Below are positions 35,554 to 45,702 of a DNA stretch of 64,000 bases, one piece after another. Origin of the DNA: Desulfobacterales bacterium (GTDB lineage: Bacteria > Desulfobacterota > Desulfobacteria > Desulfobacterales > SURF-7); contig JABHLN010000002.1 in NCBI GenBank assembly GCA_018693105.1, positions 5,172 to 69,171 of the forward strand. Direction: 5' to 3'. Position numbers and translations under genes: made by a program. The number at the start of each line of letters is the position of its first letter. The stretch's first letter is position 1. A model generated the notes under the pieces. That model was not told the DNA's origin, ran no database searches, and saw only the letters and a list, made by a program, of their open reading frames with translations.

Positions 35554-37329
35554 ATGAAGGTTCTTGTAATTGGAGGCGGTGGCAGAGAACATGCGCTTGT
35601 ATGGAAAATTTCAAAGAGTCCGAAAGTTAAAAAAATCTATTGCGCCCCCGGTAATGCAGGGATAGCTTCCCTTGCCGAGTGTGTATCCATAAGCGCCGAA
35701 GATGTCAAAACGCTCTATGAATTCGCAAAAAATGAAAAAATTGATTTAACAATAGCAGGACCCGAGGCCCCTCTTGTGCAAGGCATAGTTGATATATTTG
35801 AAAAAGGCGGGCTGAAAATATTCGGTGCATCCCAAAAAGCGGCCGAGCTTGAGGCGAGTAAATCTTTTTCAAAAAATCTCATGGAAAAATATAACATCCC
35901 TACTGCAAAAGGTGATACCTTTACATCATTTGAAAAAGCAAATGCCTATATTAAAAAAATAGGGGCTCCGCTGGTTGTGAAAGCAGATGGCCTTGCCGCC
36001 GGTAAGGGTGTTTATGTTTGTGCAACCCAAAAAGAGGCGGTCATTGCAATTACGCAGATAATGAAAAAAAATATATTCGGGGAAGCCGGGAAAAAGGTAG
36101 TAGTAGAAGAATGCCTTGTTGGAGAAGAAGCCTCCTTTCTGGCATTTACAGACGGCAAAACAGTCCTGCCCCTACCCTCTTCCCAGGATCATAAAGCCGT
36201 ATATGACGGTGATAAAGGCCCGAATACCGGAGGGATGGGAGCATATTCACCGGCCCCTATAGTAGACAAATTCCTGCATGAGAAAATCATGAACGAGGTT
36301 ATGATTCCAACTATAAGGGCAATGGACAAAGAAGGACGCCGGTACAAAGGTGTATTATACGCAGGACTTATGATTGACAGGGATGAGATAAAAGTTCTTG
36401 AATTTAATGTCCGGTTTGGAGATCCCGAAGCCCAGCCTCTTCTGATGAGAGTTAAGAATGATATTGTCCCCGTAATGGAAGCTATTTCTGAAGAAAGGCT
36501 TCATGAATGCAGCCTGGAAATTGATGAGAGAGCATCAGTATGCGTTGTTATGGCATCCGGCGGCTATCCGGGTTCATACAAAAAAGGCATGCCGATTTCA
36601 GGGCTTGAAAGTGCCCGCCGTATGAAAGATACAGTTGTTTTTCATGCAGGAACAGCCTCAAAAGATAAAAAAATCGTAGCCAGCGGCGGCAGGGTCCTCG
36701 GAGTTACAGCTCTTGGTCCTAATGTTGAAAAGGCAATTTCAAAAGCTTACAAAGCGGTTTCCAAAATAAAATGGAAAGATGTTTACTACAGAAAAGACAT
36801 AGGTCAAAAAGCTCTTAAAAGGTATGAAACAAAGCCGGAAGTTGGAATCATTATGGGCTCCGACTCTGATGTTGGAATCATGGAAGCGGCAGCGGCATCC
36901 CTTAAAAAATTCGGTATTCCATATGAAATGACAGTAGCTTCAGCTCACAGAAGCCCGGAAAGAGCTGCAAAATTTGCTTCCACAGCACGTGAACGCGGAC
37001 TGAAAGTAATTATTGCAGGTGCCGGACTTGCCGCCCATCTAGCAGGGGTGCTTGCCGCTCACACGACCCTGCCGGTTATCGGCGTCCCAATAGATGCATC
37101 ATCTTTAAACGGTATGGATTCTCTGCTTTCAACAGTCCAGATGCCCCCTGGCATACCGGTTGCAACAGTTGCAATCGGGAAACCCGGTGCAAAAAATGCA
37201 GGTATTCTAGCAGCGCAAATCATCGCGTTATCAAATCCTGAAATTGCAAAGCTCTTAGAAAAGTTTAAAACAACAATGGCAGAAGAAGTAGAAGTTAAAG
37301 CAAAAAAGATTGAAAACCCGAGAATATAG
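35554..37329 (+). CDS. purD: fusion of phosphoribosylamine--glycine ligase (PurD) and N5-carboxyaminoimidazole ribonucleotide mutase (PurE, class I-like)
   Basis: 591 aa. PurD: MKVLVIGGGGREHALVWK... to about residue 425. PurE: VGIIMGSDSD...VASAHRSPERA...IIAGAGLAAHLAGV...PVIGVPI. Confidence 0.85.
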   Translation: MKVLVIGGGGREHALVWKISKSPKVKKIYCAPGNAGIASLAECVSISAEDVKTLYEFAKNEKIDLTIAGPEAPLVQGIVDIFEKGGLKIFGASQKAAELEASKSFSKNLMEKYNIPTAKGDTFTSFEKANAYIKKIGAPLVVKADGLAAGKGVYVCATQKEAVIAITQIMKKNIFGEAGKKVVVEECLVGEEASFLAFTDGKTVLPLPSSQDHKAVYDGDKGPNTGGMGAYSPAPIVDKFLHEKIMNEVMIPTIRAMDKEGRRYKGVLYAGLMIDRDEIKVLEFNVRFGDPEAQPLLMRVKNDIVPVMEAISEERLHECSLEIDERASVCVVMASGGYPGSYKKGMPISGLESARRMKDTVVFHAGTASKDKKIVASGGRVLGVTALGPNVEKAISKAYKAVSKIKWKDVYYRKDIGQKALKRYETKPEVGIIMGSDSDVGIMEAAAASLKKFGIPYEMTVASAHRSPERAAKFASTARERGLKVIIAGAGLAAHLAGVLAAHTTLPVIGVPIDASSLNGMDSLLSTVQMPPGIPVATVAIGKPGAKNAGILAAQIIALSNPEIAKLLEKFKTTMAEEVEVKAKKIENPRI

Positions 37330-37388
37330 TCTCAGACATAAACAGATAAAGACAGTAAGCTACTTTTACTTAATATAGATTGGGCAAT

Positions 37389-37542
37389 TGGTTAACTCTT
37401 AAAAACTATAATCGATGGCTAAGTAAAAATCTTCATATGCAAGGCATGGCGTTTGGCCAGGTGTGAGGGCATACATGTAGTATGTCGAACGTCTGGCCAA
37501 ACGCTATAACGCAGTAGGTGGAGACTTTTTACGACGCCATCA
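37389..37542 (+). repeat. MITE-like structured intergenic repeat, copy E (full length, degenerate left end)
   Basis: ...ATCGATGGCTAAGTAAAAATCTTCATATGCAAGGC...TTTGGCCAGGTG..CGTCTGGCCAAACGCTATAACGCAGTAGGTGGAGACTTTTTACGACGCCATCA. It ends 10 nt before the tsaC ATG. Confidence 0.85.
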
Positions 37543-37552
37543 ATATTTAAAA

Positions 37553-38185
37553 ATGCCGAAAAACATACAAACCATAAATCCTTCAAACCCCGCCTCGGAT
37601 ATAATTAACAAGGCTGCTCAAATAATTATTAATGGCGGGATAGTAGCTTTTCCAACCATGAGTCTTTACGGACTTGCAGCAGATGCGTTTAATAAAGATG
37701 CTGTCGGCCGGATATTTGAAATAAAAAACCGCCCCGGGGAAAAACCAATACTTGTTCTTATAAAAGACCGGGGTGATCTTAGCGATCTGGTGACAGATAT
37801 TCCCCCCGCAGCAGTAACCATAATGGATAAACTCTGGCCCGGCGAGATCACATTAGTATTTAAAGCCAAAAACACTCTACCTGAAAACCTTACCGCCGGT
37901 TCAGGGAAAATCGGAATAAGGATACCGATACACAATGTTGCTTCTGCACTGGTAAAAGCTGTTGGCAGACCTGTTACCGGGACAAGCGCCAACCTAAGCT
38001 CAGGGATCGGTTGCTCTCAAATATCTGAAATGAACCCTATTATAAAAAGTAATGTTGATTTCTCACTTGATGCGGGCCCCCTCAAGGGGGGTAAAGGTTC
38101 CACGGTAATTGATGTTACCGTCGATCCCCCACGGATACTTCGGGAAGGCAGATACTCTGAAAAAGAGATTATGGAAATTATTTAG
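37553..38185 (+). CDS. tsaC: L-threonylcarbamoyladenylate synthase (Sua5/YrdC/YwlC family)
   Basis: 210 aa. GGIVAFPTMSLYGLAADA, KNRPGEKPILVLI, TGTSANLSS. Confidence 0.8.
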   Translation: MPKNIQTINPSNPASDIINKAAQIIINGGIVAFPTMSLYGLAADAFNKDAVGRIFEIKNRPGEKPILVLIKDRGDLSDLVTDIPPAAVTIMDKLWPGEITLVFKAKNTLPENLTAGSGKIGIRIPIHNVASALVKAVGRPVTGTSANLSSGIGCSQISEMNPIIKSNVDFSLDAGPLKGGKGSTVIDVTVDPPRILREGRYSEKEIMEII

Positions 38186-38230
38186 AACCCATAATAGGCC
38201 CTCTATTTCCACACATCCCTTTCTATCTTA

Positions 38231-38259
38231 TTGACAACTTTTGCTCATTAAACTATAAG
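38231..38259 (+). promoter_or_regulatory. probable sigma70-type promoter for tRNA-Leu
   Basis: TTGACA (38231-38236), a 17-nt spacer, TATAAG (38254-38259), 17 nt upstream of the tRNA. Confidence 0.45.
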
Positions 38260-38276
38260 AGTTGCATCAATTATAC

Positions 38277-38363
38277 GCCGGAGTGGTGAAATTGGTAGAC
38301 GCAGAGGACTCAAAATCCTCCGGGGGCAACTCCGTGCCGGTTCGATTCCGGCCTCCGGTACCA
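38277..38363 (+). tRNA. tRNA-Leu (anticodon CAA), class II with long variable arm
   Basis: GCCGGAG acceptor (G1-U72), anticodon arm GAGGA-CTCAAAA-TCCTC, variable arm CGGGGGCAACTCCG, T arm GCCGG-TTCGATT-CCGGC, CCA. Confidence 0.9.
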
Positions 38364-38374
38364 AAAACAAAAAA

Positions 38375-38411
38375 GGGGAAAATTCTGCAATTTCAGATTT
38401 TCCCCTTTTTT
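38375..38411 (+). terminator. rho-independent terminator after tRNA-Leu
   Basis: GGGGAAAAT / ATTTTCCCC stem with a 13-nt loop, followed by TTTTTT. Confidence 0.7.
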
Positions 38412-38864
38412 GTCCCTACTTTTCTTTAAAACCACTTTTTAAAAAACAAACTGTCTTTACCCCAGGATCGGCCTCATGTCTGGATGATTGTCAAGGTTGA
38501 AGGCATTTGCTCGTCATGACCAAATAAACCTTTGCTGTTTCCTAATAAAAAATTCAAGTTATGTCTTTACGCCGTCAGAGAAAAATATAATGCAATTATT
38601 AAGCGGTGTCATGAAAGGCAGGCTTTCAGAGGGATTCTGTTAATTCCGGTACAATATAAATTAGATGAGATAACTTTAACTCTGGAGAATGTTTTAGCAT
38701 TAATTTAGCTACATACACATACCGATTTATACAGACATTTCAAATGAGTGTAAGACTTGACACGCCGATATTTTTATTACTATAAATTCAAGCCAGAATC
38801 ACAGATTTAGGTTCACAAATACAATATAAACCTATGCTGTATAATCACAGGAATTGAAAATAAA

Positions 38865-39317
38865 ATGAAAATCGTAAACTCGGAATATATTGAAGAGCTT
38901 AAAAAGATTGTAAAAAACAGTCCATATCCAAAGCATATGGCTATGGAGCTTGACCATATTGAATTTGATGAGGCGGATGTTGTTATTAATCTTGCTGATT
39001 ATCACCTGCAACCTTTTGGCATTGTTCATGGAGGGGTGATAGCTACAATGATCGACACGGTAACGTTCTGGGCGGCTTTCCTCAGGCTGCCGGAAAACGA
39101 CGGTCTTGTAAATGTAGATTTAAAGTTGAATTTCCTTCAACCGGTAACCGATGGCAGATTGGTAGCAAAAGGGACCTGCCTGCGGCCTGGCAATTCTATC
39201 AGTTATTCAGAAGCAAAAGTTTTTGATAAAAATGAAAAGCTTGTGGCGCATGGCACATCAACTCTCATGGTGCAGCCGGGAAAAGGGCTGAAACTGAATC
39301 ACAAAAAATTCCTTTGA
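38865..39317 (+). CDS. PaaI-family hotdog-fold thioesterase
   Basis: 150 aa. HLQPFGIVHGGVIATMIDTV is the typical PaaI/4HBT active-site region. An extended -10 (TGTATAAT) lies about 25 nt upstream. Confidence 0.7.
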   Translation: MKIVNSEYIEELKKIVKNSPYPKHMAMELDHIEFDEADVVINLADYHLQPFGIVHGGVIATMIDTVTFWAAFLRLPENDGLVNVDLKLNFLQPVTDGRLVAKGTCLRPGNSISYSEAKVFDKNEKLVAHGTSTLMVQPGKGLKLNHKKFL

Positions 39318-39430
39318 GAATTATAAAGTTTTCTGTTTGCTTTTATGAAAGATAATGGACCCCATTATTATGAAATAATAACCTGTGAAGAAACGCATAT
39401 TGAAAAATAAAATATCCGAACCTGCAGCAC

Positions 39431-40348
39431 ATGGTTTGTTCGATTTTATATGTACATCAGAGAGGGCTTTTCTTGGAAATAATTTTTGACATAATTTTAA
39501 TATCCTGCATTGCTTTTTTGATGTTTTCCACCGGCCTGCTTGTTGAGCCAAAAGAAATTATCAGTTACTTCAGGAATGACAATTTTATTCTGACATTAAG
39601 AGTAGTCGCTGCGAATATTATTATTGTACCGTTGTTGACATCCATTGCTTTATTATCAATACCATTTGAGAGTCATGCGGCATTAATTCTATTTGTTCTT
39701 GCTATTTCTCCTGCAGCCCCATTTATTCCGGCTATGGTATATCTTAATAAAGGTGACATGAACTGGGCATTGGCATTAATAATTATTTTGACAATAATAA
39801 GTTTGATCACCATTCCTCTTATGGTCTATTTGGGGAGCATTCTATTATTGGACATTATCGGCTTAAAAGGAATGGTAATCACATCATTTCTGGTTAATTA
39901 TATAGTACCGATATTCGTTCCTTTAATTGCAGCAATCGGTATCAAAATTTATAGAAGACCATGGGCGGATAATTTGCTTCCAATCAGCAAAACTCTGTTT
40001 AAATATCTAAATCTATTGCTGATTATTATGATACTTGTAATTAATTACAACCAATTTTCAAGTCTGGACACTTCAATTATTCTCATTTCTATCATTTCCT
40101 GTGTTGTTTGGGCATTGATAGGATATGTATCGGTATATCCGGTTGCCGAAACCCCACAATACATAACAGCAATAATTACTACGGGATTCCGAAATTTTGC
40201 AGTTGGTTTGCTTTTGCTGGATATATTGGCAAATGATAAGATTGTTTTATTGTATATCGTACCAATTAGTCTGATAACCCTTGGAACTTGCTTGATATCC
40301 AGTTTTTTTCTTCCAATTTTCAGGAAAAAAGTCATACCTATAGACTGA
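39431..40348 (+). CDS. multi-pass membrane transporter, bile acid:Na+ symporter (SBF)-like
   Basis: 305 aa with about 9 TM helices. The family call rests on general resemblance only. The true start may be downstream (MFSTGLLVEPKE). Confidence 0.4.
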   Translation: MVCSILYVHQRGLFLEIIFDIILISCIAFLMFSTGLLVEPKEIISYFRNDNFILTLRVVAANIIIVPLLTSIALLSIPFESHAALILFVLAISPAAPFIPAMVYLNKGDMNWALALIIILTIISLITIPLMVYLGSILLLDIIGLKGMVITSFLVNYIVPIFVPLIAAIGIKIYRRPWADNLLPISKTLFKYLNLLLIIMILVINYNQFSSLDTSIILISIISCVVWALIGYVSVYPVAETPQYITAIITTGFRNFAVGLLLLDILANDKIVLLYIVPISLITLGTCLISSFFLPIFRKKVIPID

Positions 40349-40766
40349 CCCGACCAAAAAACTGATACAGGAATATAATTTGAAGTGTTGTTATATAGAT
40401 ATATTTTAAAGAAAGAACTTAACCGCTTGAAGTAAAAAAAGAAAGGGTCTTTGAACAGGTCATTAACTGTCTCAGGCAACTCAATCCAAGCATTCTCAAA
40501 CATATCAGGGTAGAATTCTGGTATTGACAAAAGTTACCTTTCAGAGGATATTACGGCATAAAGATTCTCGGGCAATGAATGGTTATGCCGATTATCTTAG
40601 GGGCTCGTTAAGACCGCCATAAATAATTCTGAAAAATCATTTATGGGAATTAAGCGGGCAAAATAATTGAAGGCAGATAATAAGTGGTTTGATCTGAAAC
40701 CGGAAAATTATCAGGTCTGTATCACATGCCAAAAAAATACTTTTGCATGTTGTTGTTTCTATATAC

Positions 40767-40856
40767 GGAGAGATGACCGAGAGGCTGAAGGTGCACGCCT
40801 GGAAAGCGTGTGTACTGTAACAGGTACCGAGGGTTCGAATCCCTCTCTCTCCGCCA
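40767..40856 (+). tRNA. tRNA-Ser (anticodon GGA), class II
   Basis: GGAGAGA/TCTCTCC acceptor, anticodon arm CACGC-CTGGAAA-GCGTG, long variable arm, T arm GAGGG-TTCGAAT-CCCTC, G73, CCA. Confidence 0.9.
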
Positions 40857-41019
40857 TAATACAATTCCATGCAATCTGTTCTTTGCCCGGAAAAAACGTC
40901 AGGCGATTAAGTTTAAAACCATCCCGTTAACGGGATAAACTGCCTGACACAAGTTTTGAGCAAAAATGAAATATTTATCATGAAGCTACATCATGGTGAT
41001 AAACCAAGGTACTTTCCTT

Positions 41020-42735
41020 ATGTCTTATCTTGTTCTCGCACGTAAATACCGTCCACAAACCTTTGAAAGTGTCATAGGTCAGGAACATGTCACGCAGACA
41101 TTGACCAATTCGATACTTTCAAAACGTGTTGCGCATGCCATCCTGTTTACAGGCCCTAGAGGAACAGGAAAGACAACCATTGCCCGAATTCTTGCTAAGG
41201 CAATGAACTGTGCCGAAAATAAAAAAGGCCCTGTTTCAACCCCCTGCAATCTATGCAGATCATGCAGGGAAATTACCAAAGGGAACGCCACAGATGTGTT
41301 TGAAATTGACGGGGCGTCAAACAACAGTGTCGATCAGGTTAGGGAGCTACGTGAAAACATAAAATACATGCCGGCACAAAGCTCTTACAAGATATATATC
41401 ATTGATGAAGTTCATATGCTCAGTACGGCGGCATTTAATGCACTTTTAAAGACACTGGAAGAGCCGCCGCCCCATGTAATGTTCATGTTTGCAACGACAG
41501 AACCCCACAAAATACCTATAACTATTCTCTCACGTTGTCAGCGACATGACCTGAGAAGAATAAGCCTTACCTCGGTTTCAAATCATATGGCATCCCTTTG
41601 CGCTCTTGAAAAAACTGAAATTGCTAATGAAAGCCTTGAGATGATTGCCAGGGAAGGCGGGGGTTCACTACGTGATTCATTAAGTCTTCTGGATCAGATA
41701 ATAAGCTGCTCTGAGGGTGCGATAACCCATGAAGAGATACTGAATATTCTCGGCATAATTGACCGGAAAATTATTTTTGAAATCTCAGGAGCTATCATTC
41801 AAGGTGAAATTTCTGAAATCCTTAATATCATTGATGAAATATACAGCAAAGGCCATGACTTAAAGAAGCTCTACTACGACCTTACCGAACATTTCAGGAA
41901 CCTTCTTATTTTAAAAATGGGGGGAAACACAATACATCTTGTCGATGTTCCGGGCAATGAGATAGACCTGATGCAAATTCAGGTTAAAGAAATCTCGGAA
42001 ACATTTCTGCACCAGATATTAAACCTTATGTTTAAGGATGAGGTGGTAATAAAACATTCTACCCAGCCGAGACTGTCCCTTGAGATGACATTCATCAAAA
42101 TGTTTAGAGTAAAACCGGCATTATCAATGGACCTTCTTATAGAAAAGATAGATGCCCTCAGAAAGGACGTTGATCCTTCAAACAAGCTATTGAAAACACC
42201 TGACAACAATAATCAAAACAGGACTGCTGCTCAAACGAAAATACAGAATACATTAAGTGAAACCAGGGGCAGTTATGTGCCCATTCAGCCTGATAACCAT
42301 ACTGATGTGAGCAAGCCGGATGAAAGCCATACATATGAAAAAGAACCTGAAAACACATCAATGAATAACTTTGAAACCCCGGATCAGGCATGGGAACAGA
42401 TTTTTAAAATAATTTCAAAAAAGCATCCTTCCCTGGCCGCCTTTATGGAAGAAACTGCCGTAAAAAGTCTTACCGGCAATACAGTTGAACTGAATATTAC
42501 CGGTAACAGTTTCCAGGTAGATATGATAAAACGAAAAAAGAATATCGATCTTCTTACCGGGATTTGTAGTGAGTTTTTCGGCAAATCAATTGAATTAAAA
42601 ATAAACACAATTGTTCAAGACAATGTAAATAATAACGACAACGGGAAGCTGGAGAGTGAAGCTATCAACCACCCGCTTGTTGAAGATACAATAGAAATTT
42701 TTAACGGGAAAATAATAGATATAAAAACTTTATAG
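41020..42735 (+). CDS. dnaX: DNA polymerase III subunits gamma/tau
   Basis: MSYLVLARKYRPQTFESVIGQEHV, Walker A GPRGTGKTT, zinc module CNLCRSCREI, and IIDEVHMLS. Confidence 0.9.
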   Translation: MSYLVLARKYRPQTFESVIGQEHVTQTLTNSILSKRVAHAILFTGPRGTGKTTIARILAKAMNCAENKKGPVSTPCNLCRSCREITKGNATDVFEIDGASNNSVDQVRELRENIKYMPAQSSYKIYIIDEVHMLSTAAFNALLKTLEEPPPHVMFMFATTEPHKIPITILSRCQRHDLRRISLTSVSNHMASLCALEKTEIANESLEMIAREGGGSLRDSLSLLDQIISCSEGAITHEEILNILGIIDRKIIFEISGAIIQGEISEILNIIDEIYSKGHDLKKLYYDLTEHFRNLLILKMGGNTIHLVDVPGNEIDLMQIQVKEISETFLHQILNLMFKDEVVIKHSTQPRLSLEMTFIKMFRVKPALSMDLLIEKIDALRKDVDPSNKLLKTPDNNNQNRTAAQTKIQNTLSETRGSYVPIQPDNHTDVSKPDESHTYEKEPENTSMNNFETPDQAWEQIFKIISKKHPSLAAFMEETAVKSLTGNTVELNITGNSFQVDMIKRKKNIDLLTGICSEFFGKSIELKINTIVQDNVNNNDNGKLESEAINHPLVEDTIEIFNGKIIDIKTL

Positions 42736-42747
42736 GAGGTATATACC

Positions 42748-43059
42748 ATGAAGAATATGGGAAAAATGATGAAGCAGGCCCAGAAGCTTCAGTCTCAGAT
42801 GATGAAAATGCAGGAAGAGATGGCAGGCAAAACTATCGAGGCATCGGCCGGAGGTGGCATGGTAAGGGTTGTAGCCGATGGTAAGCAGCAGATTGTTTCT
42901 ATCCAGATTGAAAAAGAGGTTGTAGATCCTGATGATGTGGAGATGCTTCAGGACCTTGTACTTGCTGCCGTAAATGATGCTCTGACAAAATCACAGGAAA
43001 TGGTTTCATCTGCTATGAGTAAGCTTACTGGGGGAATGAATATCCCCGGAATGATGTAA
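42748..43059 (+). CDS. ybaB: YbaB/EbfC-family nucleoid-associated protein
   Basis: 103 aa, MKQAQKLQSQMMKMQEE...GGGMVRVVADGKQQIVSIQI. Conserved dnaX-ybaB-recR synteny. Confidence 0.85.
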   Translation: MKNMGKMMKQAQKLQSQMMKMQEEMAGKTIEASAGGGMVRVVADGKQQIVSIQIEKEVVDPDDVEMLQDLVLAAVNDALTKSQEMVSSAMSKLTGGMNIPGMM

Positions 43060-43129
43060 ACCGGAAACAACCTGTCAAAACACATTTGGACATGAATAAA
43101 GACAAAGCAAGACATTTTAAAAAGGTATT

Positions 43130-43729
43130 ATGAATCATTATCCGGCATCAATACTCAACCTGATTAAAAATTTCGGCAGACTTCCCGGAATCGGTGAAAA
43201 AACTGCAGAACGTCTTGCGATGCATATTCTTCGGGCACGTCGCGTTGAAGCTGAACAGCTGGCTCAAAGTATTATGGACTTAAAGCAGAACACGAGACTC
43301 TGCTCAAAATGTTTTGCACTTAGCGACAAAGAACTATGTAAAATATGTGAAAGCCCTGCAAGAAACCAATCACTTTTATGTGTGGTAGAAAAACCGGCAG
43401 ATATGGCCGCTATTGAACAATCAGGAGCATTTACCGGAGTTTATCATATTCTTCAGGGGGCACTTTCTCCCATGGACGGAATCGGCCCAGAAGATATCAA
43501 GATAAGAGAGTTGATAAAAAGAGTTGAAAACGGGAACATTGATGAGATTGTTATAGCTACCAGTACAACAGTAGAAGGTGAAGCAACCGCTTCATATATA
43601 TCAAAAGAGCTTGAAAGATTTCAGTTAAGGATTACAAGGATTGCATCAGGAGTGCCTGTAGGAGGCGACCTTAAGTATGTTGACCAGGTGACCCTCAAAA
43701 GAGCTATGGAGACAAGACATGTCATCTGA
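43130..43729 (+). CDS. recR: recombination protein RecR
   Basis: 199 aa. LPGIGEKTAERLA helix-hairpin-helix, C4 zinc finger CSKCFALSD..LCKIC, Toprim region. Confidence 0.9.
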   Translation: MNHYPASILNLIKNFGRLPGIGEKTAERLAMHILRARRVEAEQLAQSIMDLKQNTRLCSKCFALSDKELCKICESPARNQSLLCVVEKPADMAAIEQSGAFTGVYHILQGALSPMDGIGPEDIKIRELIKRVENGNIDEIVIATSTTVEGEATASYISKELERFQLRITRIASGVPVGGDLKYVDQVTLKRAMETRHVI

Positions 43730-44126
43730 TTCAGCGACTACTTCTGACCTTTTCCAGTGCACGAATTGCGGTGAATGCTGCAAGGGGTACGGCGGAACTT
43801 ATGTAACAGATAGAGATATTAAAGCTATTTCTGATTATACTAATACCGACCAGAAAGAATTTGTGGAAAAATATTGCCGTATGTCAGGTAAAAAACCTGT
43901 ACTGGTTCAAGGGGATAACGGCTATTGCATATTCTGGGATAAAATATGTACAATACATCCTGTAAAACCCAAAATGTGCAAAAAATGGCCTTTTATAGAA
44001 TCGATATTAATTGATATAAGTAACTGGGATATCATGGCCGGATCTTGTCCCGGCATGCGAAATGATTTCCCTGACATGGAAGTAGAAAAATGTGTAACAG
44101 AGGAGCTTGAGAAAACCGGCAGATAG
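43719..44126 (+). CDS. YkgJ-family cysteine-cluster protein
   Basis: 135 aa. The CTNCGECCKG motif (CxxCxxCC) lies near the N-terminus. Overlaps the recR end by 11 nt. Confidence 0.6.
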   Translation: MSSDSATTSDLFQCTNCGECCKGYGGTYVTDRDIKAISDYTNTDQKEFVEKYCRMSGKKPVLVQGDNGYCIFWDKICTIHPVKPKMCKKWPFIESILIDISNWDIMAGSCPGMRNDFPDMEVEKCVTEELEKTGR

Positions 44127-44137
44127 TAACGCGGTTT

Positions 44138-44416
44138 TTACAAATCCCAATTTTCTTCATTATTTACGTTATATGCATCGTTTCCTTCTCTGTCAGAGAT
44201 GATTTTTTTTAAAATATTTCTATCTTCGAGTTCTTTAAGACAATTATGAAGAGATTCTTCAGAGCTGTTCCATTTTTCAAGAAGATTGTTTGTTGTTATT
44301 TTTTGACCGGCATCAGAGACGCCGCAGCACAAAAGATATGCGGAAATTGTCTCAGTATTTAAGTCAAGTTCGAATATTTTCCTGTTCATCGTCGGGGTAT
44401 TGTTGTGTGAAGTCAT
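44138..44416 (-). CDS. hypothetical protein (92 aa)
   Basis: ORF only. Possibly a small winged-helix-like protein, but no confident motif. Confidence 0.35.
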   Translation of the reverse strand: MTSHNNTPTMNRKIFELDLNTETISAYLLCCGVSDAGQKITTNNLLEKWNSSEESLHNCLKELEDRNILKKIISDREGNDAYNVNNEENWDL

Positions 44417-44479
44417 GACTCATTCCCTGTTATTATTTATTAAAAACAAGAGCAAAATAAAACCAGCTATAAAAAAATT

Positions 44480-45265
44480 ATGATAGGCGTTTTTGATTCA
44501 GGACTAGGCGGGCTCACTGTAGTTCGTGCACTTATGGAAAGCCTGCCCGATTATGATATTATCTATTTCGGTGATACCGCCCGAACCCCTTACGGGACAA
44601 AGAGCAGTGAAACCGTAATACGCTATGCCCTCCAGAATACGGATTTCCTTATTAATAATGGAGCCAATATAATTGTTATTGCATGCAACACGGCATCAAG
44701 CGTTGCAACACCGGAAGTAACCGGTAAATATGATATACCTTTTTTTGAAGTAATAACCCCTGCAGTCGACCACTCATTAGAAACCACTAAAACAAATAAT
44801 ATAGGGGTTATCGGAACACGCGCAACAATAAACAGCGGCGTATATGAACGAAAAATAAAAAAGAAGCGCCCGGATGCAAAGGTATATTCAAAGCCGTGCC
44901 CCCTTCTCGTCCCGCTGGTTGAGGAAGGATGGATGAAAAAACCTGAAACAAAAATGATAATAAAAAAATATCTCCATCCGCTAAAGGTCAGTCAGGTAGA
45001 TACCCTTATACTAGGGTGTACACATTACCCGCTTTTGAAAGAAGCCATACAGAGTAAAATCGGGAAAAAAGTAAACATTATCGACTCCGCTCTAACAGTT
45101 GCAGGAAGAGTAAAAACTTATATTGAAGCAAATCCTGATATTGATAATCTGCTTACAAAACATGGCAAAACAGAATTTTATGTTTCAGATATTACCCAAC
45201 AGTTTAAAGAAACTGCTTCAACAATACTAAAGAGAAAAATTCATCTTAAGCAGGTGAAAATATAG
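44480..45265 (+). CDS. murI: glutamate racemase
   Basis: IGVFDSGLGGLTV, IVIACNTAS and LGCTHYPLL catalytic-Cys motifs. Confidence 0.9.
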   Translation: MIGVFDSGLGGLTVVRALMESLPDYDIIYFGDTARTPYGTKSSETVIRYALQNTDFLINNGANIIVIACNTASSVATPEVTGKYDIPFFEVITPAVDHSLETTKTNNIGVIGTRATINSGVYERKIKKKRPDAKVYSKPCPLLVPLVEEGWMKKPETKMIIKKYLHPLKVSQVDTLILGCTHYPLLKEAIQSKIGKKVNIIDSALTVAGRVKTYIEANPDIDNLLTKHGKTEFYVSDITQQFKETASTILKRKIHLKQVKI

Positions 45266-45391
45266 CCTTAGCCTGTATAATCTTTAAGCTAATTTTAAGA
45301 ATTTAAACAAATCATTTATTTGTAAAGCTGTACGAATAAAATATGAGTAATCTACGAAAAAAGCCGTTAACCGCTTAAAATATCATTTAAT

Positions 45392-45637
45392 TTATTGTAA
45401 GTCTTTAAAGAAAGCCCACCATATATATAACAAAAATCCAGACCATGCCAGAAATGTGAATAAATATGCACCCCAGTTTATAGGTCTTTTTGCCTTTCCA
45501 AACTTGTCAACGCCATGGACCTTAATACCACAACTTACACACTCCGTTGCATCTATTTTGAGATTCGCAGAACATTCCGGACACCTTTTTAAGGTAATCG
45601 CTTCTTTTTCAGTTTGTTCTTTTTTAAAAGTACCCAT
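45392..45637 (-). CDS. small zinc-ribbon membrane protein, unknown function
   Basis: 81 aa. CPECSANL...CVSCG ribbon followed by one TM helix. Confidence 0.4.
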   Translation of the reverse strand: MGTFKKEQTEKEAITLKRCPECSANLKIDATECVSCGIKVHGVDKFGKAKRPINWGAYLFTFLAWSGFLLYIWWAFFKDLQ

Positions 45638-45702
45638 AATGCCCCCCTGACTTACAGTTCCACATGAAAAAGCTGTGACTGAAGACCTAAGATCAAAACG
45701 AT

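Noticed and set aside
40045-40530. 161-aa minus-strand ORF
   Set aside because: It overlaps the 3' third of the + strand transporter gene in antisense and continues into AT-rich intergenic DNA. No motif or RBS was found.
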